DNA of 14,939 nucleotides from a virus (Duplodnaviria; Heunggongvirae; Uroviricota; Caudoviricetes): IMG/VR virus record IMGVR_UViG_2695420456_000009; one strand, 5' to 3'. Shown piece by piece: positions 7,529 to 13,935 of this stretch (position 1 is its first letter; each line of letters starts with the position of its first letter). The notes under the pieces were generated by a model. It saw only the letters and a program-made list of their open reading frames with translations, ran no database searches and was not told where the DNA came from. The position numbers and the translations under genes were made by a program.

Positions 7529-7975
7529 CGCGATAACGGTCAAAAATTATGGCGCTGACACTTTTGTGCCACTGGAGATGACTGTACCTAAGTTCAGGGG
7601 AGAAGAACACGTCCGGTGGGATGGTCGGGCCAGATTTAAAGGGCAGGTCATGGCTCCAGCCTGTACGCTGGCAATGGAGGCTGCCTGGCGGGAAATTGAT
7701 ATGGGAACCACGCCACTCAGGGATTTACTGCCGGTCCAGAGAATAAATTCCTGTTACGGTTACACCACTGTGATCTTGCAAGTGCAGGAAAGTAGGTCTA
7801 CACGGTAACGCGAGTGCGTGTAACTTTTGATGTCATTCCCGTAGAAACACCGGACAAATTTTCGCTGACAGGTCATGCAGAAGGTATAAATCTGCAGATT
7901 ATGGACAATTACGGATATCCGGCAAGAGCCGGAAAAAGCATGCCGCCTCTAATTCTCAGTGGAAGATGGACTTGA
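7497..7975 (+). pseudogene. frameshifted remnant of a beta-rich secreted protein, possibly fimbrial-subunit-like
   Basis: ORF 7497..7808 lacks a signal peptide and contains RFKGQVMAPACTL, resembling the G-x-V-x-F-K-G-x-V-x-x-x-A-C motif of chaperone-usher fimbrial subunits. A second frame continues from 7796 to 7975 (VTFDVIPV...GINLQIMDNYG) with no start codon. Confidence 0.3.
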
Positions 7976-8226
7976 TTATACTCATTGCATTGTCAGAAAT
8001 AGTTATCCATTAAAGGCTGGCTATTCCAAACAGGATGTTAATTACAAAAATGTAATCAACATGTAAGGTTTATACTCTTCAATATGCGTATAATTTTCCT
8101 TATTTTGTTGACTTTAAATAACAAGCTATGCACGAGGTAAAGTCGGATAAGTTTATCTGGATGTAATATATATTATTTGTAGTGTTTATAACTTTATTTC
8201 ATGATAACCAATAAAAGGAGTTTTTT

Positions 8227-8985
8227 ATGAGGAACATAATGGCAGGTTTTTTAATATTCCTGTCTTCTGCTGCTTATGCTGATATCAATCTGTATGGTCC
8301 TGGTGGCCCGCATACAGCCTTGCTTGATGCAGCCAAACTTTATGCCGAAAAAACAGGTATTATAGTGAACGTTCATTACGGCCCACAGAACAAATGGAAT
8401 GAAGATGCCAAAAAAAATGCAGATATCTTGTTTGGCGCATCAGAACAATCTGCTCTGGCTATCATTCGGGACCATAAAGACAGCTTCAGTGAAAAAGATA
8501 TTCAGCCTCTTTATCTGCGAAAAAGTATTTTACTGGTAAAGAAAGGTAATCCTAAAAATATCCGGAGTATTGACGACCTGACCAGACCTGGGATTGGCGT
8601 AATTGTTAATGATGGTGGTGGTACCAGTAATACATCAGGCACTGGCGTCTGGGAAGATATTGCCGGACGTAAAGGGAATATAGAAACTGTCGCCGCAATC
8701 CGAAAAAATATTATTTTATATGCGCCCAATAGCGGAACTGCACGTAAGGCTCTTGAGAATCAGCCTGGAGCAGATGTCTGGATAACCTGGGCTGACTGGG
8801 CAGCCAGTAATCCAGAAATTGGTGATGTCGTGGAAATAGCGCCAGACTACGTGATATGGCGTGATATGAACATTACAGTACGTCAGGATGCAAATGATGA
8901 AACCCGTCGATTTGCAGAATGGCTACAAACCGATGAAGCGGCGCCTGCATTCAAAAAATATGGCTGGACCAGGAAAGGCACTTGA
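8227..8985 (+). CDS. secreted periplasmic substrate-binding protein, ModA-like PBP2 fold (252 aa), orphan moron
   Basis: ATG with RBS AAGGAG; signal peptide MRNIMAGFLIFLSSAAYA; mature sequence aligns by eye with molybdate/tungstate-type binding proteins (C-terminal FAEWLQTDEAAPAFKKYGW versus ModA FYDYLKGPQAAEIFKRYGF). No permease or ATPase genes nearby; low-GC gene behind an AT-rich promoter region. Confidence 0.75.
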   Translation: MRNIMAGFLIFLSSAAYADINLYGPGGPHTALLDAAKLYAEKTGIIVNVHYGPQNKWNEDAKKNADILFGASEQSALAIIRDHKDSFSEKDIQPLYLRKSILLVKKGNPKNIRSIDDLTRPGIGVIVNDGGGTSNTSGTGVWEDIAGRKGNIETVAAIRKNIILYAPNSGTARKALENQPGADVWITWADWAASNPEIGDVVEIAPDYVIWRDMNITVRQDANDETRRFAEWLQTDEAAPAFKKYGWTRKGT

Positions 8986-8991
8986 CATCCT

Positions 8992-9017
8992 CGTCCTTCA
9001 GGACGTGGATTCTTTTT
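8992..9017 (+). terminator. rho-independent terminator after the binding-protein gene
   Basis: Hairpin CGTCC-TTCA-GGACG followed by TGGATTCTTTTT. Confidence 0.5.
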
Positions 9018-9104
9018 CCGGATGCCGCGCCAGCGGCATGTAGGGGCAGCTCACAAAACGGAAAAAATTGTACGCTAAGCCTCGCCAGGTGAACTGAATT
9101 CATT

Positions 9105-9128
9105 CCGATATGGGAATTCCCATATCGG
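9105..9128. repeat. perfect 24-bp palindrome CCGATATGGGAATTCCCATATCGG
   Basis: Sequence is identical to its reverse complement; lies upstream of the hok locus. Confidence 0.6.
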
Positions 9129-9320
9129 GCGAAAACGGTTTGCTGTAACGGCAGAGTTAAGTAGGATTGCTGCGGGTGCTTGAGGCTATCTGCCTCGGGC
9201 ATGAACACCAACGGCAGATAGATAAAAGCCCCACCCGACTATAAATCGAAGTGAGGCCCCTATATGCTCGTCACATATAGATTGCCTCTTACGGACCGAA
9301 AGGTCAAGGAGAAGCAGGCT

Positions 9321-9476
9321 ATGAAGCAGCAAAAGGCGATGTTAATCGCCCTGATCGTCATCTGTTTAACCGTCATAGTGACGGCACTGGTAACGAGGAA
9401 AGACCTCTGCGAGGTACGAATCCGAACCGGCCAGACGGAGGTCGCTGTCTTCACAGCTTACGAACCTGAGGAGTAA
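9321..9476 (+). CDS. hokD: Hok/Gef-family type I toxin (51 aa), HokD-like
   Basis: Protein MKQQKAMLIALIVICLTVIVTALVTRKDLCEVRIRTGQTEVAVFTAYEPEE is a canonical Hok peptide. An in-frame upstream ATG at 9264 gives a 70-aa mok-like extension; an inverted repeat GCTATCTGCC...GGCAGATAG in the leader and a downstream terminator fit hok mRNA architecture. Confidence 0.9.
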   Translation: MKQQKAMLIALIVICLTVIVTALVTRKDLCEVRIRTGQTEVAVFTAYEPEE

Positions 9477-9546
9477 GAGACCAGGCGGGGGAGAAATCCC
9501 TCGCCACCTCTGATGTGTCAGGCATCCTCAACGCACCCGCACTTAA

Positions 9547-9570
9547 CCCGCTTCGGCGGGTTTTTGTTTT
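9547..9570 (+). terminator. rho-independent terminator of the hok transcript
   Basis: CCCGC-TTCG-GCGGG hairpin followed by TTTTTGTTTTT. Confidence 0.7.
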
Positions 9571-9693
9571 TATTTTCAACGCGTTTGAAGTTCCGGACGG
9601 CGCCGGAATAGAATCAAAAATACTTAAGTAGCGCGCAGGGAGAAGAGGGATGGACCCCGAACAGGGGAGTGCTATTTATCTGGAAGGATTCTG

Positions 9694-9954
9694 TTGATGA
9701 GAATCGAAGAATTACGTGAAATTTTTAGTGAAGATGGCCTCTATACTGTGCGCGTTGAGAAGGGCGCTATTGTCAGCCACTGCCGTATTAAATGTTTACA
9801 GTCTCAACAAAGGAAGAGTGGAGCTGCGTTAATTCATTTTGTGGATGGGCTTGTGACGGATGGTTTTATTTTGCGTGCAAATGAATTTGTCACATCGTTG
9901 CCGTCTCTGAAAGAAGCTGGGATTAAGGCTGGTTTTTCTGCTTTTGAAGATTAG
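9694..9954 (+). CDS. hypothetical protein, 86 aa (rem position of Qin)
   Basis: ORF starting ATGATG at 9694/9697, directly after hok as rem is in Qin; assignment by position and size only. Confidence 0.5.
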   Translation: MMRIEELREIFSEDGLYTVRVEKGAIVSHCRIKCLQSQQRKSGAALIHFVDGLVTDGFILRANEFVTSLPSLKEAGIKAGFSAFED

Positions 9955-10023
9955 TGAATTCATCTACAATTCAGCGCAGGGCTGAACCCCTGTTGAGTAA
10001 CACTGTGCCACCGGAGAAAGCCG

Positions 10024-10302
10024 ATGGCGCAAAATTCCAGACTACACAATTCTGATAATTCAGCCGTCTTTGCCAGCAGGCACGGGCGGCGTTCTCATGC
10101 ATTCAAATCTGACTGGTTCCGGCACGCCCCATGCACTGAAGAACAGGCCGAATGGCTGATTCAGAACTACCGCAGACGTGGGTATGAGTTTAGGAAAGCC
10201 CTCAGCCTCGATTATCGTCACTGGATAATCTACGTCAGGCTGCCGTACTCCGAGCGCCCACCGCGTCCGTCCCGCACATTCCAGCAACGCATCTGGAGGT
10301 AA
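10024..10302 (+). CDS. hypothetical protein, 92 aa
   Basis: ATG with RBS GGAGAAAG; stop is 1 nt before the GTG start of the DUF968 gene, suggesting co-translation. Confidence 0.5.
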   Translation: MAQNSRLHNSDNSAVFASRHGRRSHAFKSDWFRHAPCTEEQAEWLIQNYRRRGYEFRKALSLDYRHWIIYVRLPYSERPPRPSRTFQQRIWR

Positions 10303-10303
10303 C

Positions 10304-11359
10304 GTGCGGGTATTACTTCGACCTGTTCCGGTACCGGAACTTGGGTTGGTGGTCCTTAAACCAGGCCGTGAATCCATGCAGGTATTCCATAACCCTCGAG
10401 TGCTTGTGGAGCCGGAACCGAAAAGCATGCGCGGTCTGCCGTCCGGCATCGTCCCTGCCGTTCGCCAGCCGCTAGCGGAGGATAAATCATTACTGCCGTT
10501 TTTCAGCAATGAGCGTGTGATTCGTGCTGTTGGTGGCGCTGGTGCACTGTCTGACTGGCTGTTGCGTCATGTCAAATCCTGCCAGTGGCCTCATGGTGAC
10601 TATCATCACAGTGAAACCGTTATTCACCGTTATGGTACCGGCGCAATGGTGTTGTGCTGGCACTGCGACAACCAGCTGCGTGACCAGACATCCGAATCAC
10701 TCGAGCAACTTGCTCATCAAAACCTGTCAGCATGGATGATTGACGTCATCGGTCACGCAATAAGCGGTACGCAGGAGCGTGAATTATCTCTGGCTGAATT
10801 ATCCTGGTGGGCGGTCCGCAATCAGGTGGCGGACGCGCTACCGGAAGCGGTATTACGTCGTTCGCTGGGGTTGCGTGCGGAAAAAATCCGCTCAATGTAC
10901 CGTGAAAGCGACATCGTACCGGGAGAGCAGACCGCCACCATCATACTGAAGCAGCGCACAAAAAATCTTGCGCCGCTGCCTCACGCCCACCAGCAAAACC
11001 CGCCACAGGAAAAGACGGTGGTCAGCATTGCCGTTGATCCGGAGTCACCGGCTCAGTATCTCCAGCGCCAGAAACCACAACGGGAAGAGATGCCTGTATA
11101 CACGCGCTGGGTAAAAACGCAGAAATGCATGACGTGCGGTAATCAGGCAGATGATCCGCATCACATCATTGGTCATGGACTGGGAGGGATGGGAACAAAG
11201 GCTGATGATTTGTTTGTTATTCCGCTGTGCCGTAAATGTCATAACGAACTGCACGCTGGGGTAAAAGATTTTGAAGAAAAACACGGCAGCCAGCTGTTGT
11301 TGCTGATTCGTTTTTTAATGCACGCGAGAAATTCGGGTGTCCTGAAGTGGAAAGCATGA
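10304..11359 (+). CDS. ydfU: DUF968/YdfU-like protein with C-terminal HNH-type zinc-finger nuclease motif (351 aa)
   Basis: GTG start with GGAGG RBS; C-terminus CMTCGNQADDPHHIIGHGLGG...LCRKCHNELH carries a C-x2-C...HH...C-x2-C-H-x3-H pattern; size and position match Qin YdfU. Confidence 0.75.
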   Translation: MRVLLRPVPVPELGLVVLKPGRESMQVFHNPRVLVEPEPKSMRGLPSGIVPAVRQPLAEDKSLLPFFSNERVIRAVGGAGALSDWLLRHVKSCQWPHGDYHHSETVIHRYGTGAMVLCWHCDNQLRDQTSESLEQLAHQNLSAWMIDVIGHAISGTQERELSLAELSWWAVRNQVADALPEAVLRRSLGLRAEKIRSMYRESDIVPGEQTATIILKQRTKNLAPLPHAHQQNPPQEKTVVSIAVDPESPAQYLQRQKPQREEMPVYTRWVKTQKCMTCGNQADDPHHIIGHGLGGMGTKADDLFVIPLCRKCHNELHAGVKDFEEKHGSQLLLLIRFLMHARNSGVLKWKA

Positions 11360-11725
11360 ATGACTGAACGGATAGAATTTGTTTTGCCTTACCCGCCGAC
11401 GGTGAATACCTACTGGCGACGTCATGGCAATACGTATTTCATCTCGGAAGCCGGAAAGCGTTATCGCCGTGATGTGGCGCTAATTGTTCGCCAGCAGCGG
11501 CTGAAATTAAACCTGTCCGGAAGGCTGGTGATAAAGATTATTGCAGAGCCACCGGATAAGCGCCGTCGTGACCTGGACAATATCCTGAAAGCACCACTGG
11601 ATGTGCTGACGCATGCCGGACTTCTCATAGACGACGAGCAGTTTGATGAAATCAATATTGTGCGCGGTCAGCTCGTTCCTGGTGGGCGGCTGGGGATAAA
11701 AATCACAGAACGGGAGTGCGCATGA
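11360..11725 (+). CDS. rusA: RusA Holliday-junction resolvase (121 aa)
   Basis: Protein MTERIEFVLPYPPTVNTYWRRHGN...PPDKRRRDLDNILKAPLDVLTHAGLLIDDEQ...GGRLGIKITE aligns with RusA, including the catalytic-region DKRRRDLDN block. Confidence 0.85.
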   Translation: MTERIEFVLPYPPTVNTYWRRHGNTYFISEAGKRYRRDVALIVRQQRLKLNLSGRLVIKIIAEPPDKRRRDLDNILKAPLDVLTHAGLLIDDEQFDEINIVRGQLVPGGRLGIKITERECA

Positions 11726-12411
11726 ATAACCACTATTTACAGTTTGTGCGTGAGCAGCTCATTATCGCCACCGCTGATTTGAGTGGGGCAACAAAAGGTC
11801 AGCTTGAAGCCTGGCAGGAGAATGCCATGTTCGATACAGGGCGTTACAGGCGAAAAAAAATCCGGTACCGCGATGAAGTGACTGGAAAAATGATAACGCG
11901 GGATAATCCACCAATCCCGGGAAAGCAATCGCTGGCGAAGGTGACGTCAATTCCTCTGGTCAGTCCGGTTGAGTTTTCGACATCATCGTGGCGGCGGGCT
12001 GTTCTGTCTCTTGAAGAACATCATAAAGCCTGGTTGTTGTGGTGTTACAGCGGGAGTATTTGTTGGGAATATCAGATCGCGATAACACAGTGGGCGTGGA
12101 ATGAATTTAATACTCAATCCGGTACCAGAAAAATTGCTGGGAAAACGCAGGAACGCCTGAAAAAATTAATCTGGCTGGCGGCGCAGGCAGTAAAAGCAGA
12201 ACTTTTTGGTGGGGAAGGTTATGAATATCAGGAGCTGGCATTACTGGCGGGAGTGACAACTAAAAACTGGTCCAAAACATTTACTCGTCACTGGGTTGCA
12301 ATGAAACACATTTTTCACCGACTGGATAGTGAGGCTTTATTATTTGTAATGAGAACACGTTCAAAACAAAAGGCGGCATTTTCAAAGCAAAGTGTTGCAA
12401 AAGTAGATTGA
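11722..12411 (+). CDS. late-gene antiterminator Q-like protein
   Basis: ATG 11722 overlaps the rusA stop as ATGA with GGGAG RBS (track ORF opens at GTG 11716); sits immediately upstream of a terminator and the tRNA cluster, the canonical Q position. Confidence 0.75.
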   Translation: MNNHYLQFVREQLIIATADLSGATKGQLEAWQENAMFDTGRYRRKKIRYRDEVTGKMITRDNPPIPGKQSLAKVTSIPLVSPVEFSTSSWRRAVLSLEEHHKAWLLWCYSGSICWEYQIAITQWAWNEFNTQSGTRKIAGKTQERLKKLIWLAAQAVKAELFGGEGYEYQELALLAGVTTKNWSKTFTRHWVAMKHIFHRLDSEALLFVMRTRSKQKAAFSKQSVAKVD

Positions 12412-12478
12412 AAGGCATATATTTCATGCAAATCTGATATTTTGCCGATTTTGTACGTGATGGCAAAAGCAAACAAAA

Positions 12479-12502
12479 CCCGCCCACAAGCGGGTTTTGT
12501 TG
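12479..12502 (+). terminator. tR'-like rho-independent terminator downstream of Q
   Basis: CCCGC-CCACAA-GCGGG hairpin followed by TTTTGTTG, placed between Q and the tRNAs as in lambda and Stx phages. Confidence 0.6.
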
Positions 12503-12606
12503 TGCCACTTATCTCGGATAGACATGGTGAATGCGCTGGTGGAGGAGATAAGGGTGATTTTTGTATGCTTGCAACATTGATTTCGTAACGTTATTATCCT
12601 GCGCCC

Positions 12607-12682
12607 GGCCCTTTAGCTCAGTGGTGAGAGCGAGCGACTCATAATCGCCAGGTCGCTGGTTCAAATCCAGCAAGGGCCACCA
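12607..12682 (+). tRNA. ileZ: tRNA with CAU anticodon, tRNA-Ile2-like (ileZ-type)
   Basis: Hand-folded cloverleaf: acceptor GGCCCTT/AAGGGCC, D-arm GCTC-AGTGGTGA-GAGC, anticodon loop CTCATAA, T-arm GCTGG-TTCAAAT-CCAGC, encoded CCA; closely resembles E. coli ileX. Confidence 0.85.
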
Positions 12683-12683
12683 A

Positions 12684-12759
12684 CCGCCACTAGCCATCAG
12701 GAAAGAGCGTCAACCCTTTAAGTTGAGTGTGCGAGGTTCGAGTCCCCGGTGGTGGTCCA
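12684..12759 (+). tRNA. atypical tRNA or tRNA-like element, isotype uncertain (argN position)
   Basis: Acceptor CCGCCAC/GTGGTGG with one G-U pair and encoded CCA; T-arm CGAGG-TTCGAGT-CCCCG with one A-C mismatch; anticodon stem TCAAC/GTTGA with loop CCTTTAA (C at position 33); poorly paired D-stem. Confidence 0.5.
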
Positions 12760-12772
12760 TTATCGGTATTCT

Positions 12773-12846
12773 GCGTTGTTAGCTCAGCAGGACAGAGCAA
12801 TTGCCTTCTAAGCAATCGGTCACTGGTTCGACTCCAGTACAACGCG
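12773..12846 (+). tRNA. argO: tRNA-Arg (anticodon UCU)
   Basis: Hand-folded cloverleaf: acceptor GCGTTGT/ACAACGC, D-arm GCTC-AGCAGGACA-GAGC, anticodon loop CTTCTAA, T-arm ACTGG-TTCGACT-CCAGT; no encoded CCA. Confidence 0.8.
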
Positions 12847-12859
12847 CTACACTTATTTT

Positions 12860-12886
12860 CCCGGCTCGCTTTTGCGGGCCTTTTTT
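12860..12886 (+). terminator. rho-independent terminator after the tRNA cluster
   Basis: CCCGGCTCGC-TTTT-GCGGGCC hairpin followed by TTTTTT. Confidence 0.6.
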
Positions 12887-12929
12887 GTATCTGCGCCACG
12901 CCCGGCGCATACCAACCACAGAGCCTTTC

Positions 12930-12942
12930 GGGGGGGGGGGGG
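12930..12942. repeat. homopolymeric G13 tract
   Basis: Thirteen consecutive G residues about 85 bp upstream of the TerB-like start. Confidence 0.9.
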
Positions 12943-13024
12943 AGCTTACGGAGTGGTCAGTGTGACTTTCTCTGTGGGCAGATCGCTCCCGGGCGTTGGC
13001 TCACCCACCCAAAGGAACGTCACG

Positions 13025-13457
13025 ATGTTTGGTATTTTTGGTAAAAAAAGCCCGCAGAGCGGCAACGGAAATTAAAAAGTTTGAAAAACGCGATCTGGCA
13101 CAGGTGGTGATTAACGCCGCCTACCTGGTGGCCTATGCAGATGGTGAATGTGAGGCTTCCTAGAAAGCGAAGATCGAACAGGTACTGCGTAATCAGCCTG
13201 CGCTGTACGCGTTTACGTCAGAAATTAATGCGATTAGCGCAACCATTATCGGTCAGCTGGATACGAACTTTAAAACTGGTCGTCGTGCGGCGTTACGTGA
13301 GATCGAGGATGTGAAACACGATACGCGTGAAGCGGAAGATGTGCTGGATGTGGCGGTGGCCATTGCGGAGGCAGACGGCGAAATTGAGCCGGAAGAGCGC
13401 AAGGTGCTGGAAGAGATTGCCGGTGTTCTGGGTCTTCGTCTGGAGAATTACCTGTGA
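13025..13457 (+). pseudogene. TerB-like (tellurite-resistance TerB family) gene, disrupted by a frameshift and an in-frame amber codon
   Basis: ATG 13025 opens MFGIFGKK, then the frame is lost at an A7 run (13043-13049). The +1 frame continues ...AATEIKKFEKRDLAQVVINAAYLVAYADGECEAS-TAG-KAKIEQVL...AVAIAEADGEIEPEERKVLEEIAGVLGLRLENYL, with the ADG...E...IA repeats typical of TerB. Confidence 0.6.
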
Positions 13458-13621
13458 CGGTAAAACTGCGCCTGACTGTGGCTGCACTCCTGCTGTTTCT
13501 GGTGGTGATGGTGGATTTCACCAGCAGAATCATGTCGGTGCTGGCGGATGGGGTGCTGGTCTGCGGCATTGTGGTATTGCTGTGGCCGGTGATAAAAAGA
13601 AACAGCCTGCATAATGCTTGA
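13454..13621 (+). CDS. hypothetical small hydrophobic membrane protein (55 aa)
   Basis: GTG start overlapping the TerB-like stop as GTGA; protein VTVKLRLTVAALLLFLVVMVDFTSRIMSVLADGVLVCGIVVLLWPVIKRNSLHNA has two predicted transmembrane segments. Absent from the supplied track (under its length cut-off). Confidence 0.4.
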   Translation: MTVKLRLTVAALLLFLVVMVDFTSRIMSVLADGVLVCGIVVLLWPVIKRNSLHNA

Positions 13622-13935
13622 TTTTTTTGTTTGCTGTTTATTAAAAACACTTCTGCATGGTGAATCCCCCTGTGCGGTGGGGCAATCAGCAAGAAGGAAT
13701 ATGGGGTAATCGCGGATTCAGGTGCTGATACTGAATTCACCGGGAGGCACCCGGCACCATGCTTTGCCACAAAAGTGTTATTTCTGTTTTTCTCAAACTA
13801 TCATCGTTATCCCTTTATTTTCGGCTGCGCATGGCGCGGCCTTTTTTTTACGACCAGCCACTGGCAGATGGTCATCCTGTGATTTGATTCCGCTTCCGGC
13901 TTTTTAACTCTGTTCCTCTACACGGGAGAAATTCG

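Noticed and set aside
8511-9454. Minus-strand ORFs 8511..8729, 8951..9211 and 9260..9454
   Set aside because: The first is antisense to the binding-protein gene and the last antisense to hok. 8951..9211 spans the terminator and palindrome with no RBS. Sok, if present, would be a short RNA not a protein.
10060-11950. Minus-strand and off-frame ORFs 10060..10509, 10524..10739, 11045..11284, 11461..11655, 11737..11928, 11762..11950
   Set aside because: All overlap the DUF968, rusA or Q coding regions in other frames and lack start signals.
12281-13044. ORFs 12281..12508, 12509..12697, 12690..12899, 12727..13044 and 12872..13075 as protein genes
   Set aside because: They run through the Q 3' end, the tR' terminator, the three tRNA genes or the poly-G tract. 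The tRNA folds are convincing, and 12872..13075 only captures the first 16 codons of the frameshifted TerB-like gene.
13270-13907. Minus-strand 166-aa ORF 13270..13770 and ORFs 13293..13487, 13327..13614, 13722..13907
   Set aside because: Antisense or off-frame to the TerB-like reading frame and the small membrane ORF, with Pro/Arg/His-rich low-complexity translations.
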